This document shows, piece after piece, positions 38,604 through 50,959 of a DNA stretch of 64,000 nt. Source of the DNA: Lingula anatina (lineage: Eukaryota; Animalia; Brachiopoda); NCBI GenBank assembly GCA_051362555.1, contig CM120647.1, positions 13,988,651 to 14,052,650 of the forward strand, given 5' to 3'. The translations under genes and the position numbers were made by a program. Positions within the stretch are counted from its first letter, which is position 1. Every line of letters begins with the position of its first letter. Below the pieces are notes generated by a model, which saw nothing but the letters and a program-made list of their open reading frames with translations, had not been told where the DNA came from and did no database searches.

Positions 38604-41600
38604 CAGTGCCGCCTGAAATTCCCCTTACTTACCCTCCGGGTCGCTGCGGGTTGTTCAGACGGGTTGGCTCGGTAACTATGGAAAAAAAATTGTCATCCAT
38701 ACGCTGTTTGGTTTCTGTTAACAATAGTACCATGCCCTGCCCGTCGGGCAAATATCGTGACAAACTTTCTGCTAACAAAAGAGCCTAACTCTAATTCGCT
38801 GAGATAAAGATCGAAGGTGAGCGTGGTCGCAATTAAGTGTTCGTCCAAGCATTAATTGACCTTTAATGCGCGGTGGCTTCACTCTACTTTGATCACTCTA
38901 CTCTGATACGGAGATTTTAAGTTTAAGAACTTGCCAACAGTGATTTTTAAAAGTCGCTTTACCAAAAAGATTCGGTGATGAAAGCAACCTTCGTGTACAT
39001 TGTAGCTATGAATTGATTGAATTCACATAGAGTTTAATAAATGAATTTATGAATTTATAAAAGATCAAATAAAACACTACTAGTACTTGTACATGTAATA
39101 TTTATTAGGCTTCAAACTGTCTTTGCTATATACATATTATTAACAAGATTGAAATTTATTTTTATAGTATGTCCTTATATTTCTATTAGCTTTGTTCATG
39201 GATGAAATGTATTTTTCCAGAAAGACTTGTCAGTCGTAAAGGGGTCCAGTCCAGGTGTGCATGAATTACTTAATGGCGCTTGCTTCCAAATTACTTGCTT
39301 TTACCCCCATAGGATCCAGTTAATGCTGACCCATAAAGTTCTGCTGTGCCCAATTAATTCTGTGAGCTAGCCTTGAAAAGCCGGGTCACTTCAGTAAATT
39401 GGCCATAATTTATTTGTTTGCCTTTATTACCCATACAAAGTATACATTTTTTAAAGGCCAACATTTCAAGCTAAATAAAAATAGAATTACATTTAAATTC
39501 AACGCGCTGTACAAAGAATTATGGCCGGTTAAAAACTACATTTTCATTTGATAATGGGTGAAATAAAACAAAGTTGATTTATCTTATGCACATCAATTTT
39601 TTATTTCTCCATAAATTTGCCTGAAAATTCACAGAGACGATGTCAATTATAGTAACTTTCAATCCAGGAAATTTCAGCAAGTTATCTTCATTAATTTCCA
39701 AGTTATGCTCGTTTTGCTACCAGGTATACCTACTTGAGCCAGCTTTTCAGCTCACCTGAACATCGTGGCCAGAGCTGAATAGAAGTCAATTTTTAACACC
39801 ATCTATGGCAAAAACATCTTTAAAACTTTTATCATGAATAAAGGAATATATTCCCCTTTGTCTATATCATTGTCACTCGAAAACACCTGATCAGTGTCGT
39901 AGTTTTCAATCATTTCAATAACAGTATCCACTCGCAGGCCTCTTCCGTAGTGAGAAGTCGCCATTTTGATTTTACTTTCTTCAGTTAAGTCTAGGAAATA
40001 GCCGATTTCTCGCTCATATATATTTCTATCGTCCTTTATATCATAAATAAATGAATATCATCGTCACTGTCTATGTCACTGTCACACGAAAACTTCTCAT
40101 CAAAGTCCGGGTTTTCAATCATTTCAATAACAGTATCCCTTCGCAGGTCCCTACCGTAGCGAGGAGCGGCCATCTTGATTTTACTTTCTCCACCTAAGTC
40201 TTGAAAATCGCCGTTTTCTCGCTCATATATATTTCTATCGCCTTTAAAAATGGTGGCAATGAGAGACAAGAAACATACCCGGATGTTAAATTATATATCA
40301 TTTTATGACTCACGATACAAAAGAGTACAGAAGACGATCTTTCCAAGATACGCACATATGCGGTTCTGGGCGTTTGGGGTAAGCGATAATTGAACCGCAC
40401 ATATGCGGTGACGGGCTCTATGGGGTTAAAATGTACCATTTAAAATAAATCAGGTACATTAAACGGTCTGTATGATGACTTCGAATTAGACTTCGAATTA
40501 TAATTTATCACGCGTAAATATTATTAAAGAAACCAGCCAGAATTTTTATACAACTGTTTCTCTATCATTGTTTGATATGTAATTCAAAACGATAGGTATA
40601 GTACATCTTTACGATCTAAACCCCAAACTTAACCAAAAGCCTTCTTCATACTTAAAAGCACCAAAGGAAATAAATTTAAAAAGCTGGATTACAATCTCTC
40701 GGGCTTACTTCACTGTTTAGCACGTGCCATCTCACATTAATTAACAATCACTTCAGGTTAGCTTTATTTATACCGGATAAACACAGTGATTAAGCCCTGA
40801 CTATTACATAATCATTACTGTGTGACACGCGTCGTCTAAAATTAATGTGAACATTGCGATGACGCTCTTCAATCCAAACTAATCAATTTCACATAATTCT
40901 AAATCAACTGATTCAACGTGTCAACAGGATTGTTTGTGTATCTGGACTTCCTAAATGACCATTAAGTATTTTGTTTAATATGACATGTCCATGTCACTGA
41001 TTTCTGTGTCATCGTGTCACCTGCTAAGTGAACGGTATAAATCGACACTCAAATTTTCCAAATCATCACAATTCCAAGATGCCTCTTAGCGATTATGTGC
41101 GTCTGCGTATCATCGCCCTCCGAGAACAAGGGGTGCGAATTAAAAACATAACCGCACAAATGGAAAATAAAGGTAATAGAGAGGCATGGGGAAATATTAA
41201 CGCAAAAAAGTGTAATAAATATATTAATCACCTAAAGAAGGTGATTCCAGAAGTAATTGAGAGAGAAAGTCGTGCATCAGGCTACTAAACTAGCAACACA
41301 TGTAATAAAGATAATGAGACATTGATGTTCATTTGATGTATAAGCTATTTAAAATTTTCCATTTTAACTACGCTTGTGTTGATCGTGACTTATTATCATC
41401 AAATAAAATTGTTATACGTGTTTTAAAACTTAGCCTGATTTGTTATTCAGAGTTTTGTTCTCATATTCGACCTGCCTTTACTCTAGTCTTCTGTTGCAGT
41501 TGATACAACATAACCCGGTATTGTTTGCTCGTGTCGATAGCAATCTCTTTGCATCAGCTATAATAGAAACCTTAAGTGAGGCAATTAAGAAGCGGCAGAG

Positions 41601-41756
41601 CGTGTTCGTTGAACCGACTAATTTGGGTGTCCGATAAGGATAACTTGAGGATTCCCCTACCCTGTAATTATCATACGGCCTCTATTGTTCGACCATATGG
41701 GGCAGGGTTGGGAGACCATACGGCCATTTGGTAAGGGGGGATTTCAGGCGGCACTG
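38604..41756 (+). mobile_element. Internally deleted Tc1/mariner element
   Basis: TA|CAGTGCCGCCTGAAATTCCCCTTAC ... GTAAGGGGGGATTTCAGGCGGCACTG|TA. The ORF at ~41079-41288 joins a transposase N-terminus (MPLSDYVRLRIIALREQG) to its C-terminus (CNKYINHLKKVIPEVIE..SGY). Confidence 0.85.
39305..40425 (-). mobile_element. Non-autonomous piggyBac-like element nested in the Tc1 element
   Basis: TTAC|CCCCATAG ... CTATGGGG|TTAA. Contains a ~205-bp tandem duplication of an acidic transposase-like N-terminus (MAAPRYGRDLRRDTVIEMIENPDFDEKFSCDSDIDSDDD). Confidence 0.65.
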
Positions 41757-41989
41757 TACTTTGATGATAAAAATGGATTCATTAACCATTGGTAAGTATT
41801 GGAAAATTGTTGTTTACTCCAGGAAAATTCATTTTTGGCTGAAACGAAGAGTTAATATCCTTTAAAAGAATACATCTTAAATGTATTTAAAAACATTATT
41901 GATAAATTTGTAAATTTAAGAACTTACTTTTTTTAAGGGATATTCCGTGCTCTTTTTTTTAATCATCCTTTGACACTATGCGGCATAAA

Positions 41990-43010
41990 ATAAATGACAG
42001 TATGTTCAATTTGTACGTAATATTTTGTAACAAATTCCCCTCCAAAGTTACATAAATATTAACAATAAATGCAATTTACTTATATAATCTAAATACAGTC
42101 AGAGCTTCTTGTTCGACTTCATAACGTGAAAATATATGATAAAAATGTAAATTTATTTCTGAGTTGACTATTGTCTGTTTGTGTTGGTGCTTTTGGTACT
42201 TTTGAGTGTGCGCGTTAGTGTGTTTCTGTGTATGTATAATACTTATACGGGACAGAGCAAATTTAGTAAAGAATGAAAAAACCGGCTCAAAATGCAGACA
42301 CAAATATTTAGGATGGAAACCGCGTTAATACTACTTTCCAGATTCGTGCTAAAAACCTTAACACACAAATCGGTCTGAGGAAATATAACGCAGACATCAT
42401 TAACCAGTTTCATTCATTTAATGTTGACTTCCTCAAGTGAATTTTGACGATCCGTGGGGGATCACACTTTTTAACCTAAGCTTTTTAAAACTTTACTTCT
42501 TAATCAGATGATTTAACCTCTAGAGACTTTAAACAACGTATTATGATGACTTACAAACTCAATCAAATGCATAACAAGAATGAAAGTGCTTATAAATTGT
42601 TTATTGTGTGTGTCTGTGTTTGTGTGTGCGCGCGCGTACGTGTGTGTGAGAGGGACATGATCGTGGGTTTGAAATCTTCTCCAAAGTGGCTATATATTTT
42701 ATCATTACTACACAAGAGTCATACATACATGTATAGTAGCCTATTTCATCGTATGATACATCTGTTTATACTTAATATAAATGTCATCTCTTTGAAGCTT
42801 AATTAATATACAGAACAAAATTACTTTCCTTCTTTGATATTGTTCTTAAACGTAAATGTACATAATACCACAGGTAAATTGTAGTATAATCGTCTGGCAC
42901 TGTATGCGCAACATACCAACCAGCCTTTGTTACAGTATAAAGTTTTTTTCCTTTGTGAATGTTCTCTCCCTCTCTCGCAGTTCAATAAAAAGGAATGTTG
43001 GAGGCGCTGC
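41990..43010 (-). pseudogene. Distal, more diverged copy of the decayed ORF family
   Basis: Same ordered blocks (CTTCTTGTTCGACTTCATAACGTGAA, TTCCAGATTCGTGCTAAAA, GACGATCCGTGGGGGATCACA, TGCGCAACATACC, GGAATGTTGGAGGCGCTGC). Truncated at ~43010. Confidence 0.55.
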
Positions 43011-43055
43011 AACCGCCTAGAGGTACATTTATTGACAACAAATACATCAGTGTAT

Positions 43056-43067
<12 letters not shown>

Positions 43068-43147
<80 letters not shown>
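43068..43147. repeat. (TA)n microsatellite
   Basis: Direct reading. Similar tracts lie at ~47409-47476 and ~47885-47941. Confidence 0.97.
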
Positions 43148-43149
<2 letters not shown>

Positions 43150-44641
43150 GTCATTTTTTGCTAGTGGTTACAAAATGTTGAATTTGACCGAAAATTTTAA
43201 ACTTTCTCTGGGAAGCTGTAATTTTGCGATGTGATAGCTACACCATCACAGTTTATCATTTCATAAAAAGGAAAAGAGCAGCTGCCCTTTTTAGGGCACA
43301 CAGGAGAGTTGAACAGCTAATGAAAGTCTAATGGAATGTTTTCAGTTTTAGTTTAAATCATAAGGGGGTGTTGTCTCTATGCTTCAAAACTGGGTTTGAA
43401 GAATTTAATCCATATTTCATAATTAATAAAAATGGTGAATATATGGGTCACGGTAACGTTATTGACGCGGGTACAAAAACTTTTTATAATCATGTAAATA
43501 ATAACAATATTTTTGCTATTATCCATACACATTTCAATCATGAGGGGCACACCACTTTCACATGCTTTTAAAATGGAATTGACAAACACAGAGGAATAAT
43601 GCACATATTTTATTTACTGTATCTCCGTCACATGGGACACACACTGAACAAAGTTGATCTAAAGAATGTTCCAGATTGTAGTTTTTTATCTGAATTATTA
43701 TTTTATTATTATTATTTTAACCCAATAAAGTTCAGTTAAATACAAAATTTAACAAAATGAAGTTCAGTGTAACACAAAGTTCATAATTATAACATTCTTC
43801 CTGACATATGTGGACCAATGGTGATATCTGTTCTGTGCTCACTAAGGCATCCACTCTTGGGATTCTGAAAAAAAATCACACAAAGAATCTGTTAACTCTG
43901 ATAACGAACAATGGATAACCTAAAATCACAAATAGTTTATTGCTTATTCAAACAAAGTACATGTACAGTGCATTATGAGTGGCAAACACGCATTACTGAG
44001 ACACATTTTCTTCACCCATTTTCGGTGCTTCATTGCGTAACGTAAGTGTTGCTAGTAATCCATTATTGCTGTTTTTACAGACGGTTAAATTTTAAACGCA
44101 CGGAATACAGTGTAGCAGCTTAATTTAAGACAAAACTAAAAAAAAGTAATTCAATTTCGATGATTGAGTTTTCGAGAACAAGAGAACATGAATACGGTAT
44201 CACCGCGTCACCATGTTCAATATGACCTTTAGTCCCCCATGTGACACAGACGCAAAACGAAAGTTAAGACGAAGTCACCCTACTTATAGAATGGTAAAAA
44301 TCAATCGGTACACAAATATGTTGAATCAATTGAAGAAAAATGAAACGAAACTCATTATTTCTCACCTTCATACAAAGAAGATCCCAATAAACAATCCTGT
44401 GACGGTTAAATCGAGGAAATTACACCTGTGCCCTGCATCCTATCTCGACAGCGTCATTGCGTGACATGTTATCAGAATGGGCCACCCGCCAGTTTGAGCT
44501 GTTTTTTTTTAGTGTGCAAAAGAAGCCATTCGTGTGTAAGACGTCATCAGTTAGTGAGTATGAAAGAAGATCGCTATCGATGTATACTTTTCACGCGGCA
44601 TTTTAACCCTCATCCACAAGGAAATGGAACCCTACGTAAAC

Positions 44642-46561
44642 CCTGAAACCGGGCCTCAGAGGCCCGGTGTACCATGAAAATCTGACTCCCCCCAAAAACC
44701 ATTCAAAAATCTAATTTAATTTGAGTAAATGACTATGATCTTGTAGTATGGATAATGGAGGACACATTGGCACTTTTTGTTAGTTTGCAGGTGAAAATTT
44801 TCATGAAAAAATAAAAAAAATTAAAGATTTGTATTTTACCACCCAAGGACTCCCCTATGAAAAAGCTATTTATTTGACATTTGATGACCATTTCAACATC
44901 TTTTCTTTGAGGATACTTTATGAGGAATATATTGAAAGTACTTGAAAGTTTAATGGTTAAAAAATTGGGTGAAAAAAATAATAATAATAAAAAAACACAT
45001 TAAAAAATAAGAAAAATTAAAGATTTATATTCTAACACCCAAGGACCCCCCTATGAAAAAGCTATTTATTTGATATTTGATGATCATTCTGACATCTTTT
45101 CTTTGAGGATACTTTATGAGGAATATATTGAAAGTACTTGAAAGTTTGATGGTTAAAAAATTGGGTGAAAAAAATAATAAAAAAACACATGAAAAAAAAG
45201 AAAAATTTAAGATTTGTATTCTAACACCTAATGACTCCCCTATGAAAAGGCTATCTATTTGATATTTGATGATCATTCTGACATCATTTCTTTAAGGATA
45301 CTTAATGAAGAATATATTGGAAATATTTGAAAGTTTGAATGGTAAAATACTGGGTATGCTATATAAGAAGAATTCAGTAAAAAGGCGATGGGGCCAATTT
45401 CTTGAGTTAAAAATGTAGCATTTTGACATGGAAGTGCAAAACCTACAGGTAGTAAGATGAATATTGTTTTAAAAATATTCACCAAAATTTTCACCACCAA
45501 ACTTTCAAATAATAACAAAATGTACATCTCTGTGCAAACTATGTAGAAAACAATGGTATGGTGACTGAATATAAAATAGGTCCTTTTCTTTATGGGAATC
45601 CAAATCTCATGGGTATAAAAATGAAGATTTTCATGATTTATTTTTCATTCTTTCACTCACTATTTTATCATCAAACTTTTAAATATTTCCAATATATTTT
45701 TCATAAAGTATCCTAATAGAAAAGATGTCAGAATGATCATCAAATATCAAATAAATAGCTTTTTCATAGGGGAGTTATTGGGTGATAAAATGCACATTTT
45801 TAATTTTCTATTTTTCATGTTTTTTTTTTAGTTTTTTTCACCCAATAGTTTACCATCAAACTTTCAAATATTTCCAATATAATCTTCATAAAGTAAATTT
45901 AAAGGAAAGATGTAGAAATGATCATCCAATATGAAATAAGTAGCTTTTTCAAAGGGGAGACAATGGGCGGTTAAGTGCACATTTTTTTCATGAAAATATT
46001 CACCTGCAAACTTAAAAAAAAGTGCCAAAGTATCCTCCATTTTACATACTACAATATCACAGTCATATACTCAAATAAAATAAAATTTATGAACATTTGT
46101 GGAGGGGGAGTAAAATTTTCATGGGGAGTCAGATTTTCATAATGAAAATCTGACTGGGGGAGTCGGATTTTCATGTTACACCAGTCCCTTTGCTCGCTTT
46201 ACCTCCACCTGGGTGCATGAGTATACACTGTGTATGGAAAATGCAGAAAAACGTTTTTTTTTCTCAAAATGGAAAGTTTCGCAAAGGTAGCGCAGTCTAT
46301 CAGGTATGTAATAATGATAGATTTAAACTGATATCTGCATATCAGGTGACCAAGGTGACTGAATACTCATAAATAATAATTTCTCCAGGTCTTGAATCTT
46401 TCACAGGCAGATTTCATTGACCATACTGATAGTCATAGCACACATGATATTGCTTGTGTAAAACATTTTATAGCAAAGCTATTTGAGGTAACATGGACTT
46501 ATTTATCCCATGTGGAAGTAAAATTATCAAGCGACCGGGCCTCAGAGGCCCGGTTTCCAGG
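44642..46561. mobile_element. Small TIR element with palindromic CCGGGCCTCAGAGGCCCGG ends, host of the Ginger-like insertion
   Basis: GAAACCGGGCCTCAGAGGCCCGG at 44645 and CCGGGCCTCAGAGGCCCGGTTTC ending at ~46557. Confidence 0.55.
44668..46180. mobile_element. Foldback element with TGT...ACA termini and 4-bp TSD (Ginger-like)
   Basis: CCGG|TGTACCATGAAAATCTGACTCCCC ... GGGGAGTCGGATTTTCATGTTACA|CCAG. Arms are built of ~190-196-bp tandem units (3 left, 2 inverted right). Confidence 0.75.
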
Positions 46562-47398
46562 AAATGGGACTAACTTTTGGAAAAGTTAATTTCTACATAT
46601 GTTGTAAATTATTTCAAAACTAATTATTTATCCATTGATGGGGTATAAGTTGCTTGAGGATTACATGAAAGGAACAGGCTCAAAACCTCATGCGAACGAA
46701 GAGAGAGCAAAAGATACATGTGTCCGGGCCTGCGAGGCCCCTGAAAGGTGATTGAGGGTTAAAGTCGTCTGATAAGAATCGATCTCTGAAGTTTCAGCGT
46801 TGCGAACGTTACATTGGGACGCGGTGAAGAAAAATCGACCTTGCTGAGCAATAAATGTGAAATTCTTAAGAAAACTGATATTATCATGGATTTCGTGACA
46901 CAAACTAACCGACATACTACTTTGGACGATTGAACAGTTTTAATACGGAAAGATAGGATTAGATGAAATTTTCATCGGGGTGGGACACCGCATGTATCGT
47001 AAGTTAAGCTAATTTTGTGATCATTTTTCAGTGACTTCAAATAAATTTTTATTTAAATAACCATTTGCACATTGTGTTTATTATATCTTCTTGCAGTAGG
47101 TGTATTCCCTGCTTCAATAATTCATTCAAACCCTAAACAAACTGTTCCTAAATAGAGGTAGGGTCAAAATTATACAAAAAAGGACGCCATTTTGAGGGTA
47201 ATTTCGATATATTTTCTGCTTTTTCTCTTATTTTGCTTTTATAACAGCATCCTCCTTGCTAATGCAGCTTCTTTGATTTGTTATTGAAACATACACAACG
47301 ATGTCATGAGAATTTGGTTGGCTATCTAAATTTAAATAACATTCTTGTTATGGCCCCCCTGCAGTGCACCACTAGCAAAGAATGACTGATATATATAT

Positions 47399-47480
<82 letters not shown>

Positions 47481-47492
47481 CTAGATATTTAA

Positions 47493-47881
47493 GAGCTTGT
47501 CCACGAGAGAACCAGCCCAGGGTGGCAAGGTGGGGGTCAGCGGATTTCAACCAAATTTGTTGTATGGAGGCATATTAGGAGGCATTTAAGGCAAAAAACC
47601 GTGGTGGATTCATTCAAGTCTATGTAGACAATGGGTTTGATTAATTTATTAAAACATTTTGCTCTACAATGTTGTTACTAAATTAATAGGGCTGGTGAGC
47701 ATGGAAAGTGGATGTGTACTAATGAATATCAGGTCAGTGGGTCATAGGTCAAGGTCACTGGGCTTCATTTTTGTAAATTGTCATATATGGACTTTTTCAT
47801 TTGCATGGACAAAAAGTGGAAATAAATCTTTGATTCTATTACTTTGGATAAGCACTGGCAATTAACTTGAGAGTTTACATG

Positions 47882-47944
<63 letters not shown>

Positions 47945-50659
47945 TCATCATCAATTTGGTGAATACAAATTAAAATCTTAGTTTAGAAAAGATTTCTTTT
48001 TGATGCAATATTTATCATTTAGAGATCAGGATATGCCATATAGTATTTATGAGATCAAAGCCAGAACAAATTTTTTTATCATCCACACCACTTTTTGGTG
48101 ACTATTTATGAGCAAACAGTAACTAAAAAATATTCAAATTAGTTTATTTTTGTCTCAGATGAATAATTACAAATAATAAAAAAATCACAAAATTATAATA
48201 CAGCAATACATGCAAAGCAGTGCAACATTAGTTGTGATCATTACAACCTATAGCATAATGTAGCAAAACAAGATAATTTTCTATTCAAAAAGCAAAACTA
48301 ACACAACTGCAAAATATAACCTGGTGTTATGAAACATCTTGACAGTTTTATATCAAACATTACAGCTCATAACATCAAAGTTTTTAATACATTCAAAAAT
48401 AAATGCCACTTTTTCTTCCTGAATAGTCTGTAACCCTCCTTACTGACATTTCAATCTCATCTTCATGCTCACAAATGCTAGGTTCTGCTGGCCTGTTTCT
48501 TGTGCCCTTCTAAACTCCTTCAGTAAAAACTCCTTTACTTTATTTGAATATAGTTTCAAAGGTTTATATGACTTTAAAGCTCATCCATTGTGTAACTCAG
48601 TGAGATATTCAAGAGGGTGGAGTTCTCTCGGTATAGTCCCAGTTGGCACATTTGCCTCAGAAAAACCCAAATTAACTTTAACATCAGTATTACTCATATT
48701 AAAACTGCTCAAGGAAGAGAGACACCTTTTCTCATGTTGAAGGAATCAAGAAAGCCAAATTGTTGTAATTGGACACTCCAGTCCACGCAGGTTTAGAAGA
48801 TGTCTGTCTAGCTGGTTGTAGAAAATGGCAGCAAAAGAGCACCCCTCCACTCCATCTGCAGAAACTAAGGCCTCATGCAACTCCTCAGCATTTGTTATAT
48901 TGTGGCTTTCATTTACATACATGCCTTTCTACAACATCCATCATTTCCACACTAGTTTCAGTTTCTGCAAGGCTTTGGACTCTTTTGCTGACCATAAGAT
49001 CACTGTGTCAAATAACACCTCTCAAATGTGCCTGAAATATAAATATAGCTTACTACAGACACATGAAAACACTTATCTCAAAGTTAATTGATACATTGAT
49101 GAAAAATAAATTATTATCCCATGTGTCAATGTTTTATAAGTAAGACATGGTTTCGAATATAAATTATGATGAGACTAGCAATTTTGCCAAGACCAGCCCT
49201 AGCTTCAATCTAACTCCAATTGTTACCCTTAAATTTATTTTACCCAAATATACCCTTAAACCAACCTAAATACCTACACAAATATAGCTTAAAAGATAGA
49301 ATTATCAGAGGTCCTTAGGCTGAAATTTCATTATTTGAAAGGGGGCATTTTTTCTTTTAAAAAAAGAAGAAAAAAAATGGACCGTTTACCATTAAAAAAT
49401 TGCACCTAGATCATTTTTCTGAGTGACCTTTTTTCTGGCCTTTAACCTGTATTAAAATACAAACAAACCCGTTTCTTACCTGAAGCAAGTGGTACCAGTA
49501 TATTCAAATGGCTTTTTGTCTACACTGACATCTGCAAGTTAATCCCATGACATATTTCGTTATAGGCTCGTTTTTCCCTGTGTGGATGGTTTCCAGCACA
49601 AACCAAGCCCATATCCCTATGCTGGTCACATGGTGTAAGCCATTCATTTTCCCAAAGATACTTGAAAATGTCCAATTGCGGTCATCGGAGACAAAAGAGT
49701 CCACACCTGACAAGAATCAGTTTGCTTTCGTAACTCACGCAGTTTTGCTTCACGTAAACGCGACAAAGATGACTGTATATCTCTGTTGCAGTTTTTCAAT
49801 ACACTACATGTTTTTTCATATCTGTAGACAGAGTATAAACCACATGACATACGACTTCGGTGAGGAAGATTTGCAAAGAAACAGTCTGCGCTTTCCGCCA
49901 TGTTGGATAATCACGCTGTGTTGTTCTGTCGTTAGTACATTAGTTTCACATGATTTTAAAATGTGTTAGATGCTTGTTTTAACCAGAAAAAAATTAGAAT
50001 AGGTAAAATGAAGATATAAAGCTCAACTAACAGTGTTTTAAACCATTTGTTGACTTGAAAGAGATAGCTGAAGTTGAGTGCACCGATATATAAGTCCGGA
50101 TATATTTACGAAAAATGAAGGAATTAGGTCATGTTCTATCTCTTACAACGGACAAGTTGTAGAACAGCAGTAAGTTTTGATTTAATGTATAAATAGATTA
50201 ATGAGTTATCTGTTAGTCCTGAACACGCTTTACCCCAAAGACCTGGGAAGATGAAGATATTGTCAAAATAAAAGGGGGGTGTTCAAATCATGCGGTTCGT
50301 AGCCCTGAGAAAAACGTTTAGTTTGTTACCATGGAAACAAAGAGGGTGAAAAAAGTGTATATCATTTTAATCCCCTATCTTTAGGTTATAACATATCACC
50401 AAACTGATTCATTAAGTGACACCTGTATAAACTGTAAGGCCAATCAATATAACCCTGTTTTTCAGATGAATTTTTGGTTGATTAACCCCCCAAATTGTGA
50501 CTGCCCATATCTCTGTAGGTAGGGATTTTTTTCAGGAAATATTGCAGCCTCAGATATTGTTCATATAAAAGTTCAAACACACCAAATATAGTGTAAATCC
50601 GTTCACCCCCGCCTTGCCGCATTTTCTACATTTTGGCTGGTTTTCTCGTGGACACACAC
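47493..50659 (-). mobile_element. Internally deleted Sola3-like DNA transposon with transposase remnants
   Basis: TTAA|GAGCTTGTCCACGAGAGAACCAGCC ... GGCTGGTTTTCTCGTGGACACACAC|TTAA. Minus-strand remnants of a Cys-rich N-terminal exon (49901 to ~49480: LKNCNRDIQSSL..GLGLCWKPS..LVPLAS|gt) and a C-terminal region (YVNESHNITNAEELHEALVSADGVEG, WTGVSNYNN). Confidence 0.78.
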
Positions 50660-50959
50660 TTAATATGGAATGTTTTTTCCAAATCAAAAATCATCAGCTT
50701 TTTTCCTGTTTTGCTGACTGATAAATGAAAATAAGGACTACGGTCGTGTCTTAATAACTTTAAATAATCTATTTATTGTCATTTTGACATCAGTTCATTA
50801 ATTGAATTCGCCAGTGAACCAATCAAAAATACATTGCCTACTCTCAGCCATACGACAACCATTGAAAGCGATATTTTAGAGCTCCATATTTTCCAAACTT
50901 TTGTCTTTAAAGGTCCCACTAAGGACCATCATATTAGTGTCTAGTCACAGCAACAGTTG

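Larger units (their letters stand above)
38441..41861. mobile_element. Kolobok-like MITE (inverted relative to 57890-58227), split by a Tc1 insertion
   Basis: TTAA|AGGGATAA ... TATCCT|TTAA. Halves 38441-38603 and 41757-41861 match the reverse complement of 57890-58227. Confidence 0.8.
43148..47388. mobile_element. 4.2-kb TIR DNA element inserted in a (TA)n tract, superfamily uncertain
   Basis: Ends CTGTCATTTTTTGCTAGTGGT and ACCACTAGCAAAGAATGACTG are inverted matches. TA runs on both sides. Confidence 0.65.

Noticed and set aside
42927-43234. ORFs with long IYIYIY runs (similar poly-I, poly-F, poly-K and HTHT ORFs elsewhere)
   Set aside because: These are translations of microsatellites and homopolymers.
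43368-43571. ORF containing FAIIHTH, reminiscent of a JAB/MPN HxH motif
   Set aside because: Only 67 aa with a non-ATG start, no downstream S-x-x-D, and located inside a transposon.
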